43,993 bases of DNA from UHGV virus genome UHGV-0375795; one strand, written 5' to 3'. Source of the DNA: a virus. Shown one piece after another: positions 9,786-19,430 of this stretch. Position 1 is the stretch's first letter, and each line of letters opens with the position of its first letter. The notes below the pieces were generated by a model. It was not told the origin of the DNA. It ran no database searches and worked only from the letters and a program-made list of their open reading frames with translations. Made by a program: the position numbers and the translations under genes.

Positions 9786-10276
9786 ATGGCGAAAGTAAGA
9801 CTTGAGTTAGAAAATGCAAAAGGCGAAAAAGTAGTCCACGAAAAAATGAAAGTCAAAGGTCGTGCGGTCCGTAAAGCTATCCAATGCAGTCGGAAAATGT
9901 ATGCAAAAGACGCAGACATGGGTACGCAGTTAGACGCTTTGATTGAATTAGCTGTGGAAGTCTTTAATGATAAAAAAGTTACAGAAGACACAATTTTAGA
10001 CGGGATTGAAAGCGATGAATTATTCAACGCTTTAAACAAAGTCTATATGGATATTTTAGGAATCAAGGAAGACGATTCCACTGATGAAAAAAAGTAAGCC
10101 CTGAAGAAGCAGAAGAAAATTATTTTAACCTTTGCAGGCAATTAATTGAAAACGGTTGGACGTTGGAAGATATCGAAGAAGCTGACTTTGAAGCTCTCAT
10201 TCAAATTGTCTGTTCGGAACCTAAGAAAGAAAAATCAAAAGAGGTCGATTTGAAAGACTTCGTTAAATCAATTTAG
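9786..10276 (+). CDS. tail assembly chaperone, gpG-like (9786..10097). A -1 programmed frameshift at A_AAA_AAG (10088-10094) extends it to a gpGT-like product ending at 10276.
   Basis: Slippery heptamer located just before the stop. The -1 frame stays open for 60 codons (VSPEEAEENYFNLCRQLIENGW...), ending right before the TMP RBS. Confidence 0.7.
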
Positions 10277-10291
10277 GAAAGGAGGAAAATT

Positions 10292-13200
10292 ATGGCAAAT
10301 GGAAAACCGCTTGGGAATATGATTATCAAGTTGGATTTGAATAGTTCTGCCTTTTCTAAAGGGTTGCAAGGCGCTAAAAACGCGGTCAATCATCAGATGA
10401 AAGCGATGAAATCGCAAATGCAAGTCATGAATTCGTCTGGTGATAAACTAGGCGCTTTAAAAGCGAAATATGACGGCTTAGGCAATGTAGTCCAAGCGAA
10501 CGAAAAACATATCGAAAAGCTAACAAAAGCTTATAAGGATAGCTTTGACGAAAACGGGAAAGCAACTGCTTCCACGACAAAATATGCAAACGAATTGAAC
10601 CAAGCACGAGCGCGTTCTGCTAGTTTTACAGCACAGATGAAAACAACGACGGGCCAAATGGCTCGTATGAAAGTCGAAACAGAAGGCTTTACTGGCAAAC
10701 TCAAAGCACAATCTGATCAGTGGATTAAATCGGGTAAGAAAATTGAATCTTTCGGTAAAAAAATGTCTAGCATAGGAAGCACATTGACCATGTCTGTTAC
10801 AGCGCCGATCGCTGCTGGTTTTGGATTGGCCACTAAAAAAGCCGCTGATTTTCAAACTCAAATTGGTGGAATTGGCCCACTGCTAACAAACGGTGGAAAA
10901 CTAACCGCAGAATATCGCAATCAGTTAGATCAAATGTCCGACAGCTCGAAAAAATGGGCAAAGCAATACGGTGTTTCTACCACTGAAATCAATACTGGTT
11001 TAGCAGAAATTGTTCGTAAAGGTTATGACGCGAATCAAACGCTTGGTGTAATGCCTTCTATTTTAGATGCTACCAAAGCATCCGGGGATGACTTCAACGA
11101 TGTAATGAATGTAACTACTGAGGTAATCAGTCAGTTTAATTTAAAAGGCAAAGATTACAATAGTACTGTTAAGAACGCAACACGTGTGACGGATGCGTTG
11201 ACTTATGTGGCTAATGCAACTTCTGCTGGTTTCTCAGATTTAGGACTAGCAATGGGGTATGTGGGACCAGTAGCGAATAGCTTAGGCATGGATGTAGAAG
11301 AAACTGCTTCTGCAATTGGTCTGCTAAGTGATGCTGGTATCGGCGGAGAAAAAGCTGGGACCGCATTACGTGGTGCATTAACTCGTTTATTGAAGCCATC
11401 AAAACAAAACATTGCCGGATTTGAAAAACTAGGTATTTCTGTAGATGAGTTTAAAAATGGTACGTTAACTCTTCCAGACATGCTGAATAAGATTAAACAA
11501 AACACTGAAGGTTGGACGGATGCACAACGTACATCTGCCATTGCTTTAGCGTTCGGTACCGAATCTCAATCAGCAATGAACGTATTAGTTGGGCAAGGCG
11601 GTGACGCGTTAAAAGGATTAACTAAAGAAACTTATAACGCTAACGGCGCCACTAAAGAAATTGCAAAATCAATGAATGATTTACCAGCTAATAAGGTAGC
11701 CCGATTTAAAGAATCGTTAAATGTTTTGGCCATTACTGCTGGAGAGAAATTGCTTCCAGTGTTTACACCTATACTTGAGAAAGCAACTCAGTTGATCAAC
11801 AAATTCTCTGAGTTGGATGATGAAACTCAACAGAACATTCTTAAATGGGGGCTTATGGCGGCCGCTGTTGGTCCTACTTTAAAAATTCTTGGTCCAACCG
11901 CGCAAGCAATTGGTAAGACAAAAACTGCTGTTGGCCGTCTTAGCAATGGCATTGTTGATTTAGCCGCTAAAGCAGCTGAGAAGAAAGCAATGGCAGAGTT
12001 TAGTACGACTGTTGCATCAGTAGGTACTGCTTCTGCTGGTGCCGCTGGTGCAAGTGGTGTGGCTGGGTTAGGAACTGCAATTGCTGGTTTAGCTGGCCCT
12101 ATTGGAATTGGATTGGTAGCATTAGGAGCGGTAGCTGGTGCTGTAGTTGTAGGTAAAAAGGCCTATGATGATTACCAATTATCTGGTGGCAAGTGGGGCA
12201 CAGAAGTTACTGGCACCCAAGATAAAGTAATCACAAAATCGAACGAGTTAAAAGAAAAAGGCGTTCAGTATATGAACGAGTACCAAGACGGTGTCAATAC
12301 CAATGCCGAAAAAATCAAAGAAGCGAATAAAGGTATTGTTGACTCTATTGATAAGACTATAGAAAAAGAATCGAAACGTCGTAAAAAAATATCAAAATTA
12401 AGTCTTTTGGACGATGAAACAAAAAAATGGTACGAACAAATTTTACTTGCCCAAAAGAAAGTTGATGATGCAACTTTAAAATCAGCAATTGGGATGTCTA
12501 GTAAAATTAATGAAGTATACCAAGATGCTTCAGAAAATCATCGTGAATTAAGTGACCAAGAAATGCAATACATCAGAGCTGCCTACGCAAATTTATCTGA
12601 TGATCAATTAAAAGCAGCTGGATTTACCAAGGGACAACGGCTTGCGATTGAAACTTCTTATCAAGATGACCTTTCAAAGTTGAATGAAAAAGAGATTTCC
12701 TCAAGAATTAAATCGCTTGAAAAAGCACTTGATAAAGAGAAAAAAACATATGATAAGCAGCGCAAAGAAATTGAAAACAATGAAACATTAAGCTCATCCG
12801 TTAGAGAACGATTACTTGATGATTTGAAAGAAAATTATAAAAAAAATACTGGTGAAATGATTACGGCTCTTGGTAATCTTACTGAAAAATCAGGATCTTC
12901 ATTAGATTCGGTTTGGTTCAAATGGGAGAAGTACGGATACAACGTTGAAGAAGTGACTGCGTTAGTGTCTAGCAGTGTCAAAGATGCCACTAAAGACCTA
13001 AGCTTATTCGCAAAAGGAACTTCCGATGCCGATATGCAATGGAACGCTTTAAGTCTTGATCCTAAGACTGGTGAAGTTAAAACAAACATGACTGATGTTT
13101 TAACTGAAATCGCTCAGACTGATGATGGCTGGAATCAGCTCAAATTTATGGTCAAGGAAGCTAAACTAACTTCTAACGCCAAAGAAGAAGTCGCAATTGC

Positions 13201-16200
13201 AATGGGGGAAGTTGGGAAATGGGATCAGTTGTGGTTGACCGAAAAAATGTTATTGGTCAATGGCGATGAAGCAAAGCTAGAGCTCTACGAAACTATTAAC
13301 GCCATGGGCGCGTGGAACCAGTATGTGCTGGACAGAAAAGCACTAGGAATTGATAATGCCGATGCTGTTTATAAATTATTTACAACACAAGAACAAATAA
13401 AACAGTGGAATACGTTGCCTGTAGATCAGAAAAAACTGTTAGCGGACAACACAGATTTAACTACTAAAATATTTGCTTCCACGGAATCATACACAGCTTG
13501 GACTCAAATGCCCGATAACATTAAACATATGCTCGCTGATAACGTTGATTTGAAAACAAAGCTTAATGATGGAACAATTAGCATTGAGCAATACAATCAG
13601 GTGTTACCGTTACTCAAAAAAATGTACGGTGATAATTATGACCTTTTAAACAAATCGGATCAGTCTAAGACCTCAATTAAAGATTTAAATGAAAAGTATA
13701 TTCCGAAAGATAAATACATGAAAGGGAATAACAGTGACGTTCTAGAAAAGTCTACACAGGTCAAAGCAAGTATTACTGACTTGAATGAAAAGTATATCCC
13801 GAAGGATATGCACATGAACGGTGTGGACAATGTTTCGAAACCTGCATCGGAAGCTGTTAAATCCTATAGAGAAGTTGCGAACTTACAAGATAAAACAATC
13901 AGTTTTAAATTGACCGCATTTTTTGATGATACTTGGGAAAAAGTTAAAAAGGCTTTTAACCAAAAAGGTAATAACCTTACAGGAAAATATGCTAAAGGCA
14001 CAAACTATCATTTAGGCGGGCCAGCCATTGTCAATGATCAACGTGGTTCATTGTATAAAGAACTAGTCATCCCTAAAGGCGGAACGCCATTTATTCCTCA
14101 AGGGAGAAATGTTTTATTACCTGATTTGACAAAAGGTTCAAAGGTTTTGAATGCTTCTAAAACAGCAAAACTATTTCCCAGTTACGCTGAAGGAATTGGA
14201 GCGGTAGAAGTAGGAAACCCGCAAATCACTGAATTGATTCGAGTAATCAATGAGCTGATTTTAACGTTTAAAACTATGCAACCACAAACCGCTGATTCCG
14301 ATACAGTGGGAACGATGACTGAGAAATCGGTTGTACCTGGTGTGCAAGGATCCGCAAGTGTATCTGCAATGACGCCAGACCAATTGATTGCACAAGGCGA
14401 ACAGTACATCACAATTGGCTCAATGTGGATGACTAATCTCATGAACGGCTGGAATTCAATTGTCCCGCAGTACATGGCAAGCGAAACACTATTTATTTCG
14501 GACTATCTAACGCAATTGAGTAACCAAAACAATCCGAATTATTTGCAGGGTGTCACTTGGAATAGAAACTTGATGAATGGTTGGAACAGTTTAACAGGAA
14601 CATTTATCAATCTAATCAAAACATTCTGTAACCAAGCGATGACAACTCTTCGGAGTTACAATGCGCCTATGTACAACAATGGTCGTGCATGGCAACAGAA
14701 CAATTTAAATGGTTGGAATTCGTTATATGGTTCATTTATTGCCAGAGTGAATCAATTGGGTAATGATTCTATCAATAACTTGCGTTCTAAAAATGGTGGT
14801 TTCTATAACGCTGGGCGCTTCTTGATGCAATCGCTAATTAACGGCCTAAATTCAATGGGGGGCTCTCTCTCAGCAACCATGAACGGTGTCGCAAACAAAA
14901 TGGTTGGTGGTATTGGTAAAGGTGTTAATGGTGTTATCGGTGGAGTGAATTATGTACTGAAAGAAGTCGAATCTGACAAGAAACTTGGCAACTGGACTGT
15001 TCCACAATACGCAAAAGGGACAGACGGCCACCCAGGTGGTTTAGCACTAATCAATGACCAAAAGGGCCCTGTACACGAAGAATACGTACAAATGCCAGAC
15101 GGTCGTGGGTTTATTGCTAAAGGGAAAGATTTGTTAGTAAATCTCCCAAAAGGCGCGCAGGTATTGAATGCTTCATTAACTAAAAAATTGAAGAATAGAC
15201 TCGATATTCCGCACTATGCAAATGGGACGGATGATTTTGATATATTTGATTTGATTGATGATGAAGGTGTTTTTAAGAAGTTAGTTGATAAGAGAATCGA
15301 TTACAATAGTATCCTAGAACCGTGGAAGAACATGACAAAAGCTGGCGTTAAATTAATGACTAGCGCCGCTTATCCATTCGTGCAGAAACAGGTCGAGGAT
15401 TCATTTGGTGGAGGAAGTTTCGACGGTGCGATGAATGCAAATAACGTCTACCAGTATCTAGTTGATATCGCGCAAAAAGTGATGTCGAAATTTGGGGGGC
15501 TAACTATCACTTCTGGATACAGACCTGGAGATCCCTATTGGCATGGTAAACATCAAGCGCTGGATATTTCAGGTTACCCTTATGGAAGTCCGAGGTACAC
15601 AGAAGCTGCAAATTGGGCCTTTGAGAAGTTTCCTAAACAGATTGCTTATGTAATTACGAATGGTAGAGTGCGTGATCGAGTAGGTATGTCAGGCCAAGCT
15701 GCAACAGGACAATGGGTACCGTGGCCAGACGGAGATCACTATGATCATATTCACTTAAATGGCGCGTTAGGATCGGGGGATATTTTTAAAGCTGGAACAG
15801 ATGTTGCAGGAGGCCTGCCAACGCCTGGAGGTGCGTCAGTAGAGCGTTGGCGACCTTATATCAAAAAAGCCCTAAAAATGAACGGATTGCCAACTACTCA
15901 AGCATATGTTAATGCTTGGATGTCACAGATTCAAACAGAATCAGGTGGTAATCCTTCGGCGATTGGTGGAAACGATGGATTAGCTGATGGTAATGCAACA
16001 GGATTACTTCAAACTAAACCAGGGACATTTGCAGCGAATGCTTTTCCAGGGCACGGAAATATCATGAATGGATTCGATAATATGCTAGCGGCTATTCGAT
16101 ATGCAAAAAATCGGTATGGTGCTAATATGTTGAGCGTTATCGGTCGCGGTCATGGGTATGCTAACGGCGGTCTCATCAACAAAGATGGACTTTACAGAGC

Positions 16201-16519
16201 GGGTGAAGGAAACAAACCTGAAATGGTTATTCCGCTAACCCGTAAAACGCGCGCAATCGAACTGATGGGTCAAGCGCTAGCTTTCATGGCAGGGGATAAC
16301 AAGCAGTCTGTCTCTCAAACTCCTTCTGCTGATAATACTGCGGAGTTAGTAACATTAATTAAACAACAACAACGGCAGCACAGTGAACTGATGCGGATAT
16401 TAAAAGCTATCTTATCAAAAGATAACGGTATCACTACTGATGTGGTTGGAAAAGCTGCTAATGATTTCTTAGGCGGAGATTTGAGCAAATTAGGGTATAC
16501 AACAGGAGGTGCTTTCTAA
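10292..16519 (+). CDS. tail tape measure protein (2075 aa) with C-terminal M15-like zinc peptidase and lytic transglycosylase (SLT) domains
   Basis: Long coiled-coil/glycine-rich protein. SGYRPGDPYWHGKHQALDI...DHYDHIHL (H/D/H metallopeptidase signature) and QTESGGNPSAIGG...GLLQ (SLT signature). Internal tandem repeats (NLMNGWNS, DLNEKYIPKD, YAKGT modules). Confidence 0.95.
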   Translation: MANGKPLGNMIIKLDLNSSAFSKGLQGAKNAVNHQMKAMKSQMQVMNSSGDKLGALKAKYDGLGNVVQANEKHIEKLTKAYKDSFDENGKATASTTKYANELNQARARSASFTAQMKTTTGQMARMKVETEGFTGKLKAQSDQWIKSGKKIESFGKKMSSIGSTLTMSVTAPIAAGFGLATKKAADFQTQIGGIGPLLTNGGKLTAEYRNQLDQMSDSSKKWAKQYGVSTTEINTGLAEIVRKGYDANQTLGVMPSILDATKASGDDFNDVMNVTTEVISQFNLKGKDYNSTVKNATRVTDALTYVANATSAGFSDLGLAMGYVGPVANSLGMDVEETASAIGLLSDAGIGGEKAGTALRGALTRLLKPSKQNIAGFEKLGISVDEFKNGTLTLPDMLNKIKQNTEGWTDAQRTSAIALAFGTESQSAMNVLVGQGGDALKGLTKETYNANGATKEIAKSMNDLPANKVARFKESLNVLAITAGEKLLPVFTPILEKATQLINKFSELDDETQQNILKWGLMAAAVGPTLKILGPTAQAIGKTKTAVGRLSNGIVDLAAKAAEKKAMAEFSTTVASVGTASAGAAGASGVAGLGTAIAGLAGPIGIGLVALGAVAGAVVVGKKAYDDYQLSGGKWGTEVTGTQDKVITKSNELKEKGVQYMNEYQDGVNTNAEKIKEANKGIVDSIDKTIEKESKRRKKISKLSLLDDETKKWYEQILLAQKKVDDATLKSAIGMSSKINEVYQDASENHRELSDQEMQYIRAAYANLSDDQLKAAGFTKGQRLAIETSYQDDLSKLNEKEISSRIKSLEKALDKEKKTYDKQRKEIENNETLSSSVRERLLDDLKENYKKNTGEMITALGNLTEKSGSSLDSVWFKWEKYGYNVEEVTALVSSSVKDATKDLSLFAKGTSDADMQWNALSLDPKTGEVKTNMTDVLTEIAQTDDGWNQLKFMVKEAKLTSNAKEEVAIAMGEVGKWDQLWLTEKMLLVNGDEAKLELYETINAMGAWNQYVLDRKALGIDNADAVYKLFTTQEQIKQWNTLPVDQKKLLADNTDLTTKIFASTESYTAWTQMPDNIKHMLADNVDLKTKLNDGTISIEQYNQVLPLLKKMYGDNYDLLNKSDQSKTSIKDLNEKYIPKDKYMKGNNSDVLEKSTQVKASITDLNEKYIPKDMHMNGVDNVSKPASEAVKSYREVANLQDKTISFKLTAFFDDTWEKVKKAFNQKGNNLTGKYAKGTNYHLGGPAIVNDQRGSLYKELVIPKGGTPFIPQGRNVLLPDLTKGSKVLNASKTAKLFPSYAEGIGAVEVGNPQITELIRVINELILTFKTMQPQTADSDTVGTMTEKSVVPGVQGSASVSAMTPDQLIAQGEQYITIGSMWMTNLMNGWNSIVPQYMASETLFISDYLTQLSNQNNPNYLQGVTWNRNLMNGWNSLTGTFINLIKTFCNQAMTTLRSYNAPMYNNGRAWQQNNLNGWNSLYGSFIARVNQLGNDSINNLRSKNGGFYNAGRFLMQSLINGLNSMGGSLSATMNGVANKMVGGIGKGVNGVIGGVNYVLKEVESDKKLGNWTVPQYAKGTDGHPGGLALINDQKGPVHEEYVQMPDGRGFIAKGKDLLVNLPKGAQVLNASLTKKLKNRLDIPHYANGTDDFDIFDLIDDEGVFKKLVDKRIDYNSILEPWKNMTKAGVKLMTSAAYPFVQKQVEDSFGGGSFDGAMNANNVYQYLVDIAQKVMSKFGGLTITSGYRPGDPYWHGKHQALDISGYPYGSPRYTEAANWAFEKFPKQIAYVITNGRVRDRVGMSGQAATGQWVPWPDGDHYDHIHLNGALGSGDIFKAGTDVAGGLPTPGGASVERWRPYIKKALKMNGLPTTQAYVNAWMSQIQTESGGNPSAIGGNDGLADGNATGLLQTKPGTFAANAFPGHGNIMNGFDNMLAAIRYAKNRYGANMLSVIGRGHGYANGGLINKDGLYRAGEGNKPEMVIPLTRKTRAIELMGQALAFMAGDNKQSVSQTPSADNTAELVTLIKQQQRQHSELMRILKAILSKDNGITTDVVGKAANDFLGGDLSKLGYTTGGAF

Positions 16520-17341
16520 TTGTTTTACAAATTGCTTTTTAACCAAAATGGTAGATTGTTTGATCCGCAAGAAAATGGAAAGATAATCTGCAAAGAAATA
16601 AAAAGACAAGCGCCTATCTACGAAGTGAAATATGAAGATTTCGAGGGGACGAACGGAAGTAGAGAAGTCAATGCTTCTTTTCGTCCTTTTGAATTGGTTC
16701 TTACATTCGATATTTTTTATAAAAATGAATACGATAAAGAATTAATCATCACAGAATTACATCAAATTGTTTTTCCTGGTTTTCAATTTTATATAACGCA
16801 TGAATTAAGTCCGGGAAAACGGTTTAAGGTAAATCCGTCAAATTTCGAACTAACGGAAGAAGAAAATGATTATTCAACTATCGAAGTTACATTCGATGTC
16901 CCTTCTGGCTGTTCAGAATCACTTTCAACCACACTCTCTGAATTTTCGTTGGACGATGAGTGGCAGTTTTCTCAAAATCTTGAAGCAGAAGATTATCAGT
17001 ATGAGTTTGATGCAAGTCGTTTTCAAGTGTTCAATGCAGGAGATTTCACGATTGATCCACGTGAGCATGACTTGAAAATCACGTTAAAAGGTGAATCGCT
17101 AGACAATGCGACAATATTCAATCGAACGACTGGCGAGCGGTTTATTTATTATCCACCGTTTTCTACAAATCTTGGGCAAACAATCACGCTAGACCGTGTT
17201 TATCCGAAATTGAACGGTGTAAATTGTGGAATCGATACAAATTTAAGTTTGATTACATTAGTTCCAGGCATTAATGAGATAGAAATACAAAATGTTGCAA
17301 ACGTGAAATCTTCATGGGATTTCCGTTATCTGTATAAGTAG
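16520..17341 (+). CDS. distal tail protein (Dit)
   Basis: 273 aa immediately after the TMP. Confidence 0.7.
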   Translation: MFYKLLFNQNGRLFDPQENGKIICKEIKRQAPIYEVKYEDFEGTNGSREVNASFRPFELVLTFDIFYKNEYDKELIITELHQIVFPGFQFYITHELSPGKRFKVNPSNFELTEEENDYSTIEVTFDVPSGCSESLSTTLSEFSLDDEWQFSQNLEAEDYQYEFDASRFQVFNAGDFTIDPREHDLKITLKGESLDNATIFNRTTGERFIYYPPFSTNLGQTITLDRVYPKLNGVNCGIDTNLSLITLVPGINEIEIQNVANVKSSWDFRYLYK

Positions 17342-17349
17342 GTGATACG

Positions 17350-18375
17350 ATGACAGATATCATCATTCAAAATTATGAAAAAACAAAACGGGAGATCCTT
17401 GTCGAATATGATAAGGACTCTTTTTTTGAAAATTGGCAAGAAAACGAAACGTGGGAAGTCAGTTTCAATGTAACTAAAACAGATTTAAATAGTACAGCGT
17501 TTGATTTAGTTGATTACGAAAGCTCGGTAATTTTCAACGGTCAAGAATTCATAATTAAGTCAATGGAACTTAGTGGATTAGGATCAATGATAACTAAAAA
17601 TGTTACAGCAACGCACATCTTCTATACAGTTCAAGATGGGTTTCAATACAATACGATATCAGGAACTCGAGCTATTAATGAATTACTAACACATGTCTTT
17701 AACGGTGCTACCGGGGATATGGGTTTTCAATGGGAAGTAGTAAATCCTCTAGGGAAAATCGGGAGAGTAGAACAGGAAAATTTCGGAAATGCGAATTACC
17801 TCAAACTAATTGAGGAAATAATGAGCGATTATGATGTGGTAATGGTACCCGATAATAAACGCATGACATTCTATTCTCGTTCAGATTTTGGAAATCAAAT
17901 TCAAGAACAAATTCGATATAAGTACAATACAGATTCAGTAAAGTTCGACATTGATACGTATTCGCTCAAAACGCAGATTAAAGGGTTTGGTAAGAAAAAG
18001 GAAGATGATACGTATTACTTTTCTCCAATCACTTACACTTCCCCTGAATCGGAGAAATGGGGAATCAGAATACAAGACCCTGTAGAAGATGAACGATATA
18101 CGGTTTCTGGAAATATGATGGAGCGATTAAAAAAAGATTTGCAAGATTATCCTTCAATAAGTGGGTCAGTAACATTGAAGTGGCGTATTACTCCACAAAA
18201 GGGTGATTATGTTCCGTTCATTTATGAACCATTAAATATCAAAACGTACATTCAAATAGTCGGCCTTAAAACGTATCCAGCTTTACCAAACAAACCACCA
18301 GAAATCACATTGTCAAACACTAAAAAAACTATGACATCAATATTAGCCAGTTTAGCTAAGAAAGGAGTGATTTAA
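17350..18375 (+). CDS. tail-associated lysin / tail endopeptidase N-terminal module (Tal)
   Basis: 341 aa after Dit, the canonical position for Tal. Confidence 0.6.
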   Translation: MTDIIIQNYEKTKREILVEYDKDSFFENWQENETWEVSFNVTKTDLNSTAFDLVDYESSVIFNGQEFIIKSMELSGLGSMITKNVTATHIFYTVQDGFQYNTISGTRAINELLTHVFNGATGDMGFQWEVVNPLGKIGRVEQENFGNANYLKLIEEIMSDYDVVMVPDNKRMTFYSRSDFGNQIQEQIRYKYNTDSVKFDIDTYSLKTQIKGFGKKKEDDTYYFSPITYTSPESEKWGIRIQDPVEDERYTVSGNMMERLKKDLQDYPSISGSVTLKWRITPQKGDYVPFIYEPLNIKTYIQIVGLKTYPALPNKPPEITLSNTKKTMTSILASLAKKGVI

Positions 18376-19430
18376 TGGAATTACTCAAACTCATAAAAAA
18401 CAGAATTTCATCAGAATGGAAAAAAAATTTTAATGATAATGTGGATATCTTAAATAGAATCATTCGAGGACAAAACCAGAAAATCGATGTGACGAATAAG
18501 CGCATTGATAATGTGGTTTTGCATAGTGGTGGAGATTCGCCAAACGAAGTAGTGGACGCGCGAGTAAATAATAAAGGTGAAACATTCGATACTTTAGAAT
18601 CAAGATTACTTGCTGCAGAAAATAGACATGATGAAGATGTTGAGAATACAAACGGTACGTTGCTTAATCAGCAAAAACAGATGGAGCAACTGAACAACGG
18701 AATTGGAAAATTAATGGGGACTTACGGTGCAACGATCGACTTATTTGTTTCGATAGAAAAAGGCGATGATAAAAATGGCGATGGAACAGAACAAAATCCA
18801 TTTGCAACAATTCAAATGGCAGTTAATCAAATCCCATTGATAAGTTCAGCTCGTGCAACGATTTGGGTTGATGATGGGGTTTATTTGGAAAATGTCATCC
18901 TAGCAAGTATATTCTGTGTATCACTAACAATCAGAACAATTCAAAATGTGGATAGTTTTGACCTGAGCAAAGTAGATTTACCAGTAAAAGTTCGTTCAAT
19001 AGGTTTCGCCTCCTCAGCAGGCTATTTTCACATCTATGGCTTGCAAGCCGTTGATACAGCGAATGCCATTCAAACCGATGGTAATACGTGTGCTTTCTTT
19101 TGTAAACAAGGAGGGTATCTCGCTTTGAATAAAGTTAAGTGTGCTGAAAATACATCGTCATCTACGAATTACAATGCACTGTATGTGAATGGAAATTCAA
19201 AAATGAACATTTATTACTCACATTTCGTGAATCAAGCTATTCTATTAAGAGCTTCTGCGATGTCAACCGCCTTATTTTCGGGAACGAACACAGGGTCTGG
19301 TAATGTAGTAGGGATTTCGGCGGATTCAGGTGCGACAGTAACGGACGCATCGACAACAACTTCTAATTCAACGACTAGGCACAAAACACAATTAGGCTTA
19401 ATCATCACCAAAGGGACGGTGTTGTCCTAA
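18375..19430 (+). CDS. baseplate / upper baseplate-like tail protein
   Basis: N-terminal coiled coil, then Ser/Thr-rich beta-rich region. ATGA coupling to neighbours. Confidence 0.5.
   Translation: MELLKLIKNRISSEWKKNFNDNVDILNRIIRGQNQKIDVTNKRIDNVVLHSGGDSPNEVVDARVNNKGETFDTLESRLLAAENRHDEDVENTNGTLLNQQKQMEQLNNGIGKLMGTYGATIDLFVSIEKGDDKNGDGTEQNPFATIQMAVNQIPLISSARATIWVDDGVYLENVILASIFCVSLTIRTIQNVDSFDLSKVDLPVKVRSIGFASSAGYFHIYGLQAVDTANAIQTDGNTCAFFCKQGGYLALNKVKCAENTSSSTNYNALYVNGNSKMNIYYSHFVNQAILLRASAMSTALFSGTNTGSGNVVGISADSGATVTDASTTTSNSTTRHKTQLGLIITKGTVLS

Noticed and set aside
10425-14475. Several 60-113 aa antisense ORFs inside the tape measure gene (10425..10607, 10520..10861, 11203..11541, 12835..13089, 14182..14475)
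   Set aside because: They are fully embedded antisense to a 6.2-kb gene with clear coding signal. They have no RBS and low-complexity composition.
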